Under the pieces are notes generated by a model. The model worked only from the letters and a program-made list of their open reading frames with translations. It had not been told where the DNA came from and did no database searches. Shown piece by piece: positions 49,520 to 63,377 of a stretch of DNA of 64,000 nucleotides. Source of the stretch: Squalus acanthias (Eukaryota); NCBI GenBank assembly GCA_030390025.1, contig CM059438.1:68760001-68824000 (forward strand), given 5' to 3'. The translations under genes and the position numbers were made by a program. The first letter of the stretch is position 1; every line of letters begins with the position of its first letter.

Positions 49520-50830
49520 GAGGGGGGGGGAATTCCATAGCACTGAAAAGCGGGCACGGCCACCGCGATGCGCGATATGCCCGCACCCGTTCAAGGAGCG
49601 CAGGCAGCAGGTCTACTTTGTGCTGTCTGCTAATGATAAAGATTGTAGCACACAGACGAGCGCTGAACGTGCTGCCGACAGGCCGAAGTTCGCGATGTTC
49701 GAGGCTAGCTGTACTTAAAGCTAGCCTGCACCTCTTAAAGGTAGTCTGCACCTCTGGAAGGTGAGCTGCCTTCTCCTGATCAAAAATGGTAAAAGTGCTC
49801 CAACACGAACCCAAATGGCTCAACAGACCAGGAAAAGGGCACCCAGGGTATCGGACGCAGCACTCAAGCTTTGTGCAGAGGGTCAACACTGGAAGAGTGG
49901 TCCTCTACCTACAAGGGGCCAGGAGGCCCTCCAGAAAGAAGGATGTGGGACCAGATCACCCCTTCCCACACCACAACCCTACCCTTGTGCCTTCCTCATT
50001 TCAAGATATCCAGCCTGCCCAGCCAGAGGTTGACCAAGAGGAGGGAGAGGAGAATGAAGAAGAAGAAGAAACACCGTCACTTGATTTCACACTCCCAGCC
50101 ACCAGCTGCTCCTGCAAGGCCATCTGCAGCATCCCCCACTGAAAGTCAGCAGCCTTCCAGCAGCTATGCTGCAGCCACTGGGGTAACACTGCATAACAGC
50201 ACTAGCATAGGCAAAGGCAAGACGCAACATGTAAGGGAATGCATAAGAGTGGTTAGTTGATTTTTTAATGTAATATTGGATACATATATGGATAAAGTTG
50301 GATTGGAAAGTTTGCTTTGTGGTGGCTTTTATTTCTGCATTGTGGCCAAGAGGACGCTGTGATGGTCAATAACAGAAGGAAGGTAAGGTGTGGAACAAAT
50401 GTTGAAAGGGAAATTGGGGTCGTGTTCACTTGTACCGCAGGCGGATGATTCAATCCCGGATATTCCGGCCAGAAAGGGGCTGTCTGGGTTGCCTCCTTCC
50501 TTCCACTTCCTCCTCTTCTGCTTCCTCCTCTTCCTTTTCCTACTCCTCTTCCTCCTCCTCTGCCCTCTGCGAGCAGGTTGTCGCCTTTGCTGCATCTGCT
50601 CCATCTCCATGTCATGCTGCAGCCCAAGGTGGGACTGCAACTAGAGCCCCCAGGACTGGGAGCAAATGGTGGTCTCAGAGGCTTTAAGAGCCAAAGCCTT
50701 GCAAATGTCCAGCAGCGCTCCCTGCACTCCCTTCACACTTCAACAACTTTTTAAATGTCTTACACCAAGCCACTACTTTTTCACCCAAACCAGCCTTATC
50801 AGCCAGCGCTAATGGGCCGAATTTCACGGC
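49520..50830. mobile_element. Internally deleted, decayed Harbinger copy
   Basis: Myb exon 1 remnant MAQQTRKRAPRVSDAALK (about 49815), acidic exon-3 remnant, and an Arg-rich transposase N-terminus on - (about 50500-50640). Ends are approximate. Confidence 0.65.
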
Positions 50831-51977
50831 CATGGCCTTTATGAACTACCGTCTCCTGAAAGAATTATGCAGAAGCTACAGGTGAGAATTCTGTTCCATT
50901 TGGATCTGTCGTTCCAGTGTAACTAAAGCCAAAGTCTAGTCTTACTGAATGAGTTCTTAGTTAGTTGTGTACGTGAATGAAACAGATGCACCACACAAAT
51001 CTTATCCACCTTGACGATTAAAGATCGGGCAGCATCGTTAACACTGAACCACCCACCTCTCTTACCAGAAATATACGAACTTGACAGGTGCATAACCAGG
51101 AAAATCTCATCATCTCTTTCTGCTGTTAAATTAACAGAGAACGTTTGGATGGTCACGCATGAGGAGACTGGAGCCGCATTGCACACTCCTGGAAAAGAGG
51201 CAAGAGTCTGTGTCATTGAATACATACACTGCCACGCCCAGCAAAAACCAAACAGCTTTCAGTCAGCACAATAGTTCTTTTGTTAACGATGTACCAAAGA
51301 ATGAGTTCAGTTTGGTACTGAGCCAGACAGATCGCAGCTTGTATCGTAGTTCCCCGCTCAGCAGCTGAAACATTGCAGTTGGCTTCAGCATCCCAGAGTT
51401 AGAGAGAGACAAAAGTGCTAGTCAGTCTTCCAACACTTCACGGCTCTCCTTTTATCTTGTTGGAAGATGTGCTCATGTAGCCCCAGGTTAGAATAGGATG
51501 GCACTCAGCCCTGATGCCCTGACTATCAAGTAGCTTACTAGCACACACAGTACAAGATGACCATGTGTGAAAAGCACTAGATGGTTATTGGCACCTTTGT
51601 TGTCATGCATCCAATTAGCCATGGCAAACCCTTACCTGACATCTAGCATAACAGTAGGAAAACTTTGAAGTGAAAATGGAAAAAAGTTGGGCAATGGTAA
51701 GCACCCTCACAAAAAAGTATTTGGTTCACTTGTTTCTTGTTGTGGAGGTTAGGAAATGTTTGCGTCAATTTAACTACTATAACATCAAGCATAAGCAATA
51801 AGGTGATGCACTTCAGCACAAAATATGTTGTTATCTAATGCGTTTACGCCCAAAGAGGTTTTATCAAAATGGGTGCCTGTTGAACAGGAACAAGCTGGCC
51901 TGAACTCAGAAGTGCCCATCTGTGCCAAATTCATGTCTTTGGCAAATCCACTCAAAACGGGTATCGAACGAAAAGCA

Positions 51978-52122
51978 AAAAAAAAAACTGCCAGTGCTGG
52001 AAACCTGAAATGCAAACAAAAAATGCTGGCACTGCACAGCAAGTCAGTCAATATCTGTGGAGAGAACAGATAAGCTAATATTTCAGGTGTAGGCTCTTCA
52101 TCAGTTCTGAAGAGGGGTCACC
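51978..52122 (-). mobile_element. Remnant of a second Penelope-derived palindromic element
   Basis: ACTGCCAGTGCTGGAAACCTGAAATG…ATCTGTGGAGAGAA…TTTCAGGT…TTCATCAGTTCTGAAGAGGGGTCA resembles a common shark PLE-derived repeat as I recall it. It carries degenerate CTGANGA…GAAA cores. Confidence 0.5.
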
Positions 52123-53124
52123 ATGAGTTCAGAAGTCAGGTCATTATTAGCAAGTCACAAAGAGTAGCCGTTTTATGTTGTTACAGATTGTAGAGTGGAT
52201 GCTGGTTCAATGTCTTAGGACTGACAGGCAGAATATAGCTTGCAACATCTTGCCTGAAATGGACTAATAGCAGAACTTGTTGCTGTGGTGAAAAACACAA
52301 CATTTGACGATTTATTTTTAAATGATCTCATTTAGTGGTGCAGTCTGGGTTATCAGATGGGACGAAAAGCCAAATGTTCTACTGAAAAGTTTGAAGTGTG
52401 TTTTTTAATCAAAGTGGCTAAAACATTACCTGTGGTCCTTTGTCTTTTTGAAAAAATGATTCTCTGTTCTAGTTGCAAAATTGTATTCAATTCTAAATTA
52501 CAAGCTTGAAGGCACAGCTTAATGTATTTTCAATAATCTGACTTTCATTATTGGTTAATTTTTTTTGCCCTGGTTCAATATCAAGCTTTTGATCTGTAGG
52601 CTAATTTAGAAATGGAACCATTATCCAAATGACTGCATAAAAGTTAAATAGTCATCTTCAAAAATGATTTGGATAAAAATTAAAAGATTCAGACCGAAGA
52701 TAGTAGACTGTTACACAGAAAGGTACAGAGTTGAAAAAAGACCTTTATGATTCATTTAGCTGGTTCCAAATTTACAAAGTACCATACAATACTGTACGTC
52801 ATAACTCTCAATTGCTTCTTTTACCAAAAAATGAAATAGCTCCCTCTTGAATTTGCCAACAATATCCTCCTGAGCAGTCCGTTTCACACATTCTGCAACC
52901 TCTGTGTATAACAGTTAAATCTAAACCTGTCTGCTCAACCTCTTTTGTTAATGTAGGAGTTCAAGGTGCACGACTTGTGTCAAAGCTACTGTACAATAAG
53001 GTTAATTTTAATAAATGAATGGCAACATTTTCCTCTATGTGTCAGTTGAAATTTAAAAAAAACTAGCCGTGAGTAAATGAGAGTGAACAATGCCTGTAGG
53101 AAACAATATTGGAAGAGGGACACT

Positions 53125-53295
53125 GTTAGAGAGATGAAAGTAAGCAGTCTTTGGGATGGAGAGAATGTGGGGTCATAAGCTCAGCTTGGGGTTGAACAGG
53201 ATGCCGAGGTTGCGAACAGTCTGTTTCAGCCTGAGACAGGGAGGGGATAGAGTAAGTAATGAGGGTGTGGAGTTTGTGTTGGGGGGCCAAAGACA
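53125..53295 (-). mobile_element. L2 fragment
   Basis: The reverse complement resembles 62220-62400 (CTCAGGCTGAAACAGACTGTTCGCAACCTCGGCATCCTGTTCAACCCCAAGCTGAGC). Confidence 0.7.
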
Positions 53296-55846
53296 TTGGC
53301 CCATAATTTGCTGTCAAAATAACAGTGAGGCTAATAGCGCTCACCCTTACTTATGCGCAACTGCTACGGCAACTTCAGGTGAGGGCAGATGCGGTGTTAA
53401 ACGCAGAAATCCAAAAGTTGCTGTCCGAGATGCGCCGCTCCGCCATTAGCTCCGCGAAAGTGGCATTATGCGGTCTAGTGCGCCATTGAAATGCATTAAA
53501 TGGCGTGAGGTTGCTGTACTTGTGCGGTAAACTCGCCACAGAAAGCTAGAGCCGGTCTGAAGTGACGCAAGGATCCCGCCTTGGAGCCATTTTAGGTCCG
53601 CACATATATAATTAGAGTATTTTTACATATAGCTTTTTGACATCACAGCATAATTATGTGTAGTTTCAAACTCTGCATTTGAACATGTTTATTAGGTGTC
53701 ATGAATTAAAAAAAACTTCTATACTCAGTAACAATGAGGGAAAATCAATAAAGGAAAGAGGAGAAACACGGGTAGAGCAGCAAAGAAAGGTCAAACAACT
53801 TGAATACAAAAATAAAATAGTTACCATATTTTTTAGATTTGTACCCTATGAATAACAAACCATTCTTAAATTAGAAGCAAACATGATAAATTCAATAGAA
53901 CTAGATTTGAAGTTTCAGAGATTGCTTATATGGTTTATACTGATAATTATTGTGTCGGCACTGTTTTATACTTGTAATGATGTATTTGAACCATTTAAAC
54001 AGGCAGACCTTGAGATTCTTTGTTTTCCATGAAGAAGAATGAAATATAAATACATGAATGTGTTCACAGTCACTGTCGAGGAGAAGGAACAAACTCGTCC
54101 CCTGTGTATTTGGATGGCAATAATAGTTTGACCTTGATGAACAGCTTCTCCTCAAAACAGCTCTTCAAGAATTTGCTGCATGTTTATTCAACCACGGTGT
54201 GCCACAGCCATGAGCCAAAATTACATCTCATAAATACATATTTATTCAAATGAATTCCGTGCAGTCTTATCAAACACTAGCCCAGTGTGTGAATGGTGGA
54301 TATTCCAACAGTTAATTGGCCAGCTTATTCATTTTCCTCACTTTCTAATGTGGAGAAGCAAATAATTAAGGGGGGGGAAAGAATCAAATAGGTTTCTTCA
54401 GGAAATATTTTTGACATTTTAAAGAACTCATAATGCGTGAACAGGATGACTTCTATTTTGGAGAAAGTACATGTTTATCACAGTTAGCTTGAATGGAGCT
54501 AATAAGCTTAGAGCCTAGCTTTTTGGATCAGATGTGAGCATGCAGCGTGATTCCTGCTCACCCAACGTAATAAGCAACGTCCCTGCCTTAATTTCTGGAG
54601 TCAGCTTCATTACAATTTTTGAGGTAAGCTGAAGGGGTCTGAAACACCTTTTGATTTGAAGCGAAGGGGCTGGAAACAGACTGCTGTTGTAGGATTTCAA
54701 TGCCTTGCAGCAACTTAAAGGGGAAGGTGCATCATCATCATCATCATTCTTTTTGTAGGAGAGAGTTCAGAGAATAAAGACAAGTGACATAATTTACATG
54801 GAATCAACCAAAAAACAGTGGGTGCTTCCAGCAGTCACTGGAAACACCAGCAGAACATGGGGCAGACACAAAAGTGAGCAGAGATTCGGTCTAATCGATT
54901 TCCGCCCCATTCTCCAGTTGGGGTCACCCAAATTGCTCTAGCTAAGAAAAGTTAGGCGGACGAATTTGGTTGTTAATTGAAGAATGTATCGGATTCAGTT
55001 TGTGACTCTTGCAGATCTGTGGGTTGAAATTGCTCTTTAATTTTTTTTAAAGTACACATTAATGTAGTCATATGAAATTAATTTATCAAAGGCATATACC
55101 CCCATTCATATAAACAGGATAACGTAAAAATAACTGAGGAATTGCATGTGAATGTGTTGTTCCTAAGAGTGCACAGCTTGATTTTGACTCAATTATTTCT
55201 CATTGCAGCACTGAATTAGACCCTGCATAGCCACAGTGAAATAGATTGTGAGACCATATTAGTAATTGTAGCAAAATTAATTGTTATTGATTTGATGGAT
55301 ATGTTGGTGCTTTTAACATGACTGGCCACTTGAGCAAAATTCACCTGATAAACTTGCAATGGAACTATGTGAATTACATTTTGGGGGCAAAATTGTGCTC
55401 GTTAGTGGCCGTTTTTTGGTGCTACGCGGCGCACACTTCTGATGCGAAGTGCGCCGGACACCATATTGGTAAAGGAGTTAGCGCGCACATACCTAACGTC
55501 CAGCGGCAGTGTGCAGAGCAGGCAGATTATGACGTAAATCAGCATGTAACACTGATTTGACACCAGCGCTGCCATTTTTTGCAGCTCAACGGTCCAGCCG
55601 TGCCCTCTCTTAAGCTCGCACAGCTGAACACGACGTTAAGCAGCAGGAAGGATCCCCCAACCTATGTAAAGGAATCAGCAAGTACTTACAGCTTAGTTGT
55701 TGGTTTATTTCTTCTGGCTGTTGCCGCAATTCTACAAGTTTTGAATGCTTTCTAGAGTTGTTTAAAGTTTCAAACTGCCCCGTGTTCCACTGGAAGTACT
55801 TTTCTGCTGACTTCAAGGCTTCTGCACAAACCAGTTGCTTCCACAC

Positions 55847-56884
55847 ATGGTTGGACTAGTAGGTCTCCCTCTTGGCATTGAGCATGACTGGAAGAATGAG
55901 CAGAGGTCATGCATAGCAAGACAAACTGCTAGAAGAGGGAGGAGGAGAAGGAGGAGAGAGAGAGAAGGGTTTTCAGCAGGGGGGCATATCTACAGAGGGT
56001 GTTTACAGAGTAATTCTCTAAACTGAACTTCAGCAACGACCAATGTTTAAGACGTCTGTGTTTCGCTAAGGAGATAGTCACTGAAATCTGCCACCTGCTG
56101 CAGCCACAACTCCAACCTCAGAGCAGGGCAAGGACTGCATTGCCAGTGGCTGTGAAGACGACCGTGGCTTTGAACTTTTATGCATTTGGCTCCTTCCCGG
56201 CTGGTGCTGGTGACTTTGGCTATGGTGCAGGGTGCCATTGACTGCATGCACATTGCTTTGCGTGTGCCTCATGTCAACTCTGCCACATACCTGAACCAAA
56301 AGGGATTGCACACCCTCAACGTGCAGCTCATGTGCGACCATAGGCAGTGCATCATGCAGGTCAATGCCCAGTATCCTGGCAGAAGTCAGGATGCCTTCAT
56401 TCTATGGCAGTCCTATGCGCCAGCTGTATTTCAACCACCATGGCAAACCAAAGAGAGGCTACTGGGTAACAAGGGCTATCCACTGACGACATGGGTCATG
56501 ACACAAGTGCGCAACCCATGCACAGGTGCGCAACAAGCACACAACAAGAGCCATGCTGTCACAAGAAATCTGATAGAGCAGACCATTGGCGCCCTGAAGC
56601 AACAATTCTGTTGCTTGGACTGCACTGGAGGAGCCCTGCAGTACTCGGCTGAGCAGGTCTCAAGATTTGTGGTTGTATGCTGCATGCTGCACAACATTGC
56701 CATCATGAGGGAACATCCCTTGCCACCACCTATCAGGTGAGAAGCTGAGGAGCAAGAGCATGAGGAGAAGGAGACAGAGAAGGAGGAGGAGGTGGAAGAG
56801 GAAGAGGAAGGGAGGTTGCAATGTAGACAGCCCCTTTCTGCCCGGGCTGTACATGAACAAATAATTCAAGAGCGATACCAGTAA
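55847..56884 (+). pseudogene. Harbinger transposase pseudogene
   Basis: EICHLLQPQLQPQ…LPVAVK, QGAIDCMH, YPGRSQDAFI, GNKGYP, RNLIEQTIG and CCMLHN, with frameshifts and an internal deletion near 56220. Confidence 0.9.
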
Positions 56885-56969
56885 CCTCAACCCCAATTCC
56901 CCATTCACCAAAAGTCCCAAATTTCTTGCTTCTTCCGTCTGCCTTTGCCTGCCCTAGTGCTCCTACGAG

Positions 56970-58770
56970 GTGCTATCCCAGTGGCTGCAGCATGGTTGGT
57001 GGAAGGCTGCTGACTTTCAGTGGAGGAGACTGCAGATGGCCTTGGAGGGTGACACAAGCAACTCTGGGCCTAGAAGGCCCGGCTTCAGACTGCACCATCT
57101 CGGCATGGGTGGCTGCAGTCTAGGCTGGCTGGCTGACAGGCAACAACAAGGGCACTGGTCAAGTGGCAGGGGTGCGAGCATGAATGCTGTCATCCTGAGG
57201 AAGGACAGCACATTCATGCTCCATGGAGCCACTGCTACTCTCCCAGTGTGGCACCTCAGCAATCCTAGTAATCTGTTGGAGAGCAGGTTGCTGGACTGCT
57301 ATGACACCCTGGAAGCCCCTTTGAACACTGGTATCCAGAGCCATGATGGCAGTAGTCTGAGCTGGCATGGCAGCAGTCTGAGCTTCCACTGCAGCACTCA
57401 GATGCTGGCTGCTGTTTGTGCTGCAATGGAAGCTGAGATATCGGCCGTCAGACGCTACATCCTGGTTGGGCCCACAAGTGTGTTGATGGAGTTGTCCACC
57501 ACTTCCATACTGGAAAGGATGGGCTCCAAGCTCTGCGCAAATCCCTGAGCCAAGCTGGTGCCGGACTCCTCCATGCTCCTTGACATTGAACACAGGCTTT
57601 CTGGCAGGCATTAGGATGTGTACGCCCATAAGCCTTTGTCTGTAGCCTGGCCCATTGAAGTCCTCATCCGAGTCCACTGCAGCAGAACTAGTGTGCGACC
57701 TTGCCCTCTGGTGAGCTGGCATCTGCGCTCTCCTTTCCCCCTGCCCTGGCTGCAGTACACTTGTGCCCGGTTTCTCACCATGTGCAGATCCCGCTTCTCT
57801 GCTATCCTCTAAATTGTGCGCAGTGTCAGTATCTGAGCTGGTGGCTGCGACTGTGAAATTGAGTGACAGTGTGTCTTTATCTTCACTGTCTTCCTGCTCT
57901 TCCACCACTGCCTGGGCAGGTTGCAGTTCTTGGGTATTTGAAATGAAAAAGGGACAAGGGTAAGGTTGTGGTGAGGGGTGAGGAGAAAGCAAGAAGTTCA
58001 TGCTTACAGCATCTGCAGCTTGTAAGTCAGAAGAGATTGAGGGATGAGGGAGAAGTGGGATGTGAGAAGGAGGATTAGATATGAGGATACCACACTCTTC
58101 AATGGCTTCAGCCCCACCACAGGCCATGGCCTCAGCAGTGCCCTTCCCCATTAGGGCCAGTACCATCTCCTCCAAGGGGTCAGAACACGCAGGCGCACCT
58201 CTCCCCTCCGGTCAGTTCCTGCTGCCTCGGGTTGTGAGACACCTTCTCCTGTAAGAGAGAGAGAAGTGTGTCAGTGGGTGTCGTGGAATCTGTTTGGGTG
58301 CTGTGTCTGTTATGGTTGAATAGCTGCCATTGTTTGCAAGCTGTGAGATGTGGCTGTGAGGCTTGCAACAGTGCAAAGTGTGTGAGGGTGATGTAAAGCA
58401 TATGAATGGTAGGGTTGAGTCCTGATTGATAGAGATTATTGGTACATGAGTGATGGGGGTGTGGAGAATTGGGCAGTGGCTAAGGCTAGTGGTGCAGTTG
58501 GTAGAATATGGCATTTGAAGATGTATTCACTGACCTGACTACTCGTGTGAGTTTATTAAACTTCTTCCAGCACTACCTCCAGGTCCTTGTGGCTGTACTC
58601 CTGACATTGACCTCTGCGGCTATCTGTTCACACTGCCATCTCATCATGTGTCGGGAGGGCCTCTTTCCCCGAGGATATAGGACATCTCTCCTCCTTTCCA
58701 TTTCTTCCACCAAGACCTCCAGTGCAGCATCCAAAAGCCTGGGTGCCCACTCTCTCCCATGGTCAGCCAT
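56970..58770 (-). pseudogene. Harbinger Myb/SANT-like gene pseudogene (exons about 58770-58535, 58248-58091, 57937-56970)
   Basis: MADHGREWAPRLLDAALEVL…RTWR*CWKKFNKL, then EKVSHNPRQQELTGG. Same exon layout as 43271-45022. Confidence 0.8.
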
Positions 58771-59242
58771 TCTTCACTCTTTCCCAGGTCAGATTCACTT
58801 GTAGAACAACTCCCTGCACCTGCTCCAGCCACAATGCACCTCCCCTTTAAGAAGTGCAGGCTACCTTTAAGTAGTGCAGGCTAGCTTTAAGTAGTGCAAG
58901 TTAGTAACAATATTGGGCCCTCTGCTGATGCATGCAGCCAATGAACAGCGCAGGGAGTGCTGGCTGCACACAGACATCATTATAATAAGCAGGCAACACA
59001 AAGTTGGCATGCAGCCTGTATTCCACTCAACGGGCGCACGTTAATCGTGCATCATGATCCCCACACTCATTTTCGGGGGCTAACCAATTTAATCCCTTTG
59101 TCTTACAAAAAGGAGATTTATTTTGTCACAAAAGATTTCGAACCACATGTAAACAATGATGTTTGCATTACCTCTAAAGTTGCTTACAATAGACAGTCAA
59201 TATGAGCTTTCCAACATTGGATAATGCTGATACAATTCAGAT

Positions 59243-59660
59243 ATGTGGAGAGATTAGAGAAGCTGGGATTGTTCTCTTTAGAGCAAAGAAGTTTATGGGG
59301 AGATTTAATAATGGCATTCAAAATCATGAAGGGTTTTATAGAGTAAATAAGAAGAAACTGGCCGAAGGGTCGGTAACTAAGGGACACAGATTTACGATAA
59401 TTGGCAAAAGAGCCAGAGGTGAGATGAGTATAAATTTATTGATGCAAAAAGTTATTATGATCTGGAAAGCACTGCCTGAAAGGGTGGTGGAAGCAGATTC
59501 AATGGTAACTTTCAAAAAGGAAATTGGATAAATACTTGAAGGGGATACATTTTTAAGGCTATGGGGAAAGAGCAGGGGAGTGGGACTGATTGGACAGCTC
59601 TTTCAAAGAGCATGATGGGACAAATGGCCTCTTTCTGTGCTCTATGATTCTTTGATTCTA
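59243..59660 (+). mobile_element. CR1 3' fragment
   Basis: LEKLGLFSL…GHRFTIIGKRARGEM…WKALPERVVEADS with an ATTCT(A/T)TG tail. Confidence 0.9.
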
Positions 59661-61439
59661 TAACAGTTGGTGCCGATGACATTGTCATACCTAAATCTGC
59701 ATATTTAAAGAATATTCAACACCCGGTGGATGCCTTTGATACTGGCTCAGAAGAGCAGGTTAAAATGGAAGACAGAAGCCTCCATGTGGAACCTCAGCAG
59801 GTAAATCAGCTGGTTGAATTTAACTGCCTGCTCACCCAGTTTCCGCTGGGTTAAAATCAACCCCCTTGTTGGAAGTGGTGAAGCTGAATTTGAACTGAAG
59901 TTGCATCAGTAGTAGAATTGAACCATAGCATTTTGAACATTAAAAAGAGTTCTTTCCACAAGGTCTATTTTCTGATGAATGTCACTGTCCTTTTTCACAT
60001 TTCTGTTCATTTATATCATATGCAATTAAGTTTTGAGCATTCTGTCACTGAATTACTAAATATTGTCAGTTATACCACCTAAGTAGCTGTATAGATTTTA
60101 GAAATCTGAAAGGAAAATACACATAATTCAAGTTGAGGAATCCATGATATTGGAAGCATCATTCATCCCTCAGTTTGATTTGTAGTTCTGAGCTCAGGTT
60201 CCCTTGGCAATGTTCTGGGCCAGAGCTGAGATCACAGCCAACTGATGACCAATGAAGAGGACTCTAATTATGATTGGACATTCAAAGAATCTTCAATGTT
60301 TTTTTATTACAAAGGACAGCAAAAAACACAAAGAATATTAATTTACAGAAGGAATTGAGCAATAAAAACTGGGAGCCTTCTTAGTTTCTAAAACTAGGAC
60401 AACATTTTACCACAGTCCTGTACTGAGTTGTGCATTGGCTAACAGGCCTTGATGTATAATTACTGGTCGTTAAATTTATTGACTTCAGATACACTGGATT
60501 TCCAAAAACCTGCCTGGCAAACAATTATTAATGATTGCAACAATCTAAACAAAAACCAAGGACCGGAGCCTTAATAAAAAATTATCTTGATGAAGGTTAC
60601 AGGCTTTATAAAGCCACTTGCCTGGTGCCTCTGGCTGTTCCTGATTGAATATAACTTCATTAAAATTGATTGCCCTTTAATCCTCTAATTGTTCTGTTTT
60701 CAAGTACAAAGACAGTCTGAGAGTTTGTCCATTAAGAGCGCTTGATACAGCCTCCCATATCCATTGGACAATGGTCAAAGTTCTGTACCAAACTTCAGGC
60801 AAAAAAAGGACAAGCTTTTTTTAGATAATGCAATCAATAAATGACTTCAGTTTCTACAAATTAGAAAATTACAGGAATGAATTATTGCATGTTTGATGAT
60901 AAATATGGGTCTGGAAGGGATATTGAGCACAGGTGAATTGAATCCAAAATCCTTCATAATCTATATAAATCTGAATTGCTAAGAAAATATAAACAGATAG
61001 TATTTAAAGCCCAGGACTGATTCACCCTCAAACCTCAACTGCAACTTCAAACTTCAACTTCAATTGTGACGACTCTTCAAATCTTCTGACCGTTGCGTAG
61101 AGTACCTGACACTAAGAGTTCTACATCCTGAGACACAAATGATGATGTTGCTTTTGCCTAATTATAGAATGGCAACTTTTATGAATAATTGTGAAGTCAA
61201 ACAATTTGGACCTTGGAGCTGAAAAAGCAGTGAAAATGGCAGAGAGGAAAGGGGATATTGGTTAACAAGCATCAATATCTGCAACATCTCCAAAAATAAA
61301 AAACTTTTTTTAGTTTACATTTTTCTACTAATAAGTTTTCCCTTTTCTTTATCCATCATGGTTTAGCCATCCAGTGCAGGATGTGGCCCGGCCACATAAA
61401 CATCTACAGGGTCTCATTTTCCTGCGCCAAAATCACCCA

Positions 61440-62997
61440 CTACTAAAGGATCATTCTCGAGGGCAAAGATATCCACAGTCTCCTTTCTCTATATCTGCTT
61501 AAACCCCTGTCCCTGCCCCCTCCTCCTTCATCTTTATCAACATGTGCAAGGAGTTCATTGATTTCTTATATCCATCTGTTCACCTGCCTCTGCTGAATCC
61601 CACCCATCCCCTTGTCCACCAAGGCAAACCTCCTCCCAGTTCTCCTCCAACCCTAGCCCTGCACCCTTGTGTTTCCTTATACCCCCTTCTCTCTCGCTAA
61701 ACTTATCTCGTCCATGAGACCGACCACCTGCTCCCTCGACTCCATTCCCAATAAAGCACTGACCACCCAATTTGCCTTATGGCTCCCATGCTATGAGACA
61801 TTGTAAATGGTCCCGTTTCCTCCGGTACTGGCTCCTCCGTTTCAAAACTGTTGTCATCTCCCCTCTGCAAAAAAAAATCTTCCACCCCATTGTCTTCTCT
61901 AACTGCAACCCGATCTCCAACCCCCTTTTCTTCTTCAAGATTCCTGAATGTATTGTCATCTCCTAGATCTGTGCCCATATCTCTTCCAGCTCCCTGTATG
62001 AATCACTCCAAAAATCCTTGGCCCCCCCTCCTCTTCCTCAACTATATTCTGCTCCTTAGTAACATTATTCATAGATAAGGCATCAGTTTCCAAATGTAGA
62101 CTAATGAGACCCAATTCTATCTCCCCATCACCTCTCTTGAACCCTCGTTTTCCTGCTTATTTGACATCCATCTGATTATAATTTCCTGCAATCAAACAAT
62201 GGGAAGACCGAAGTCACCCTCTTTGGCCCCAGCCACAAACTCCACACTCTCATCAACATCCTTTCCCCAGCACTGTCTCAGGTTGAACCAGACTCTTCAC
62301 AACTTTGCCATTCTGCTCAATCCCAAGCTGAGTTTCCAATCACATATACTCTTCATCACAAAGACAACCGACTTCCAGTTCTGTAACATTGCCCACCTCT
62401 ACCCCTACCTCAGCCCATCTACTGCTGAAAGCCTCATTCATGCCTTTGTCAACTCGAAACTCAATTGCGCCAATGATCTCCTGGCTGGCTTCCCATCCCC
62501 CACCACCTCTGAACATCAGGTCATGCAATACTCTGCTGCCCATACCTATCCCACACCTTGTCCCACTTGCCCGTCACCGCTGCCTTTGTGACCTACATTG
62601 ACTACCAATCACCAATGGTTCATATATAAATTTCTCATCCTCGTGTTTAATTCCCTCCAGGCCCTTACACCTTCATATTTTTGTTACCTCCCCCAGTTCT
62701 GCAACCCCGCCCCCGAGCTCTCTATTCCTCTGACTCTGACCTCTTGTGCACCTTCACCCCACTATTGGTGGTTGTGCCTTAAGCTGACTCTGAAATTCAG
62801 CGTCGTAAACCCCTCTGCCTCTCCACCTCCCTCTCATCCTTTAAGAACATCCATAAGAACCTTCTCTTTGGTTAAGTTTTTAGTCACCCCACCTAATATC
62901 TCATTGGGCTCAGTGTCTGGTTTTTTTTCTTACACCACTTTGAAGTGTCTTGGGACACTTTCTACGTGAAAGGCCCTACAGAAATGCAAATTGTTGT
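61440..62997 (+). mobile_element. Decayed L2 LINE 3' portion
   Basis: ORF 62199-62591 LNPKLSFQSHI…IAHLYPYLSPSTAESLIHAFVNSKLNC is typical of the L2 C-terminus. It ends in an AAAGGCCCTACAGAAATGCAAATTGTTGTT tail. Confidence 0.8.
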
Positions 62998-63377
62998 TCA
63001 TGGTTACCTCTTAGTTTTCCTGTTTGTGTCCGGTGTTTTCTTACACGGATTTGTTTTTACTGCAATTTGTTCCTTAATTTTTCTTCATATTTATTTCTCT
63101 ATCAGCAGTTTGTCTCTTGATCTTTCTTTCTAATTTCATATTCACACAGCCTTCTGGGTCTATCTGTTCAATCTCCATGCTATGCCCATTTCCACCTGCC
63201 AGCTCTATCCTATTGTCTTCTGGCTCTGGTATTATCTATCTTAAGATGATGGCTGAAGTCAACAAGCCTTGTGTGATTTCATCAACTGGGATACATACAC
63301 CTTAATGCTGCAATAGTTGTGTAATCCACCAGGTAAGGGACCAGAGTTAAACATATCAAAGTTATTTAAAATACCAG

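Larger units (their letters stand above)
55384..59097. mobile_element. Full-span but decayed PIF/Harbinger transposon
   Basis: Imperfect TIRs GGGGCAAAATTG / CAATTTAATCCCT and TSD TTG. Transposase on + and 3-exon Myb-like gene on -. Confidence 0.85.
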
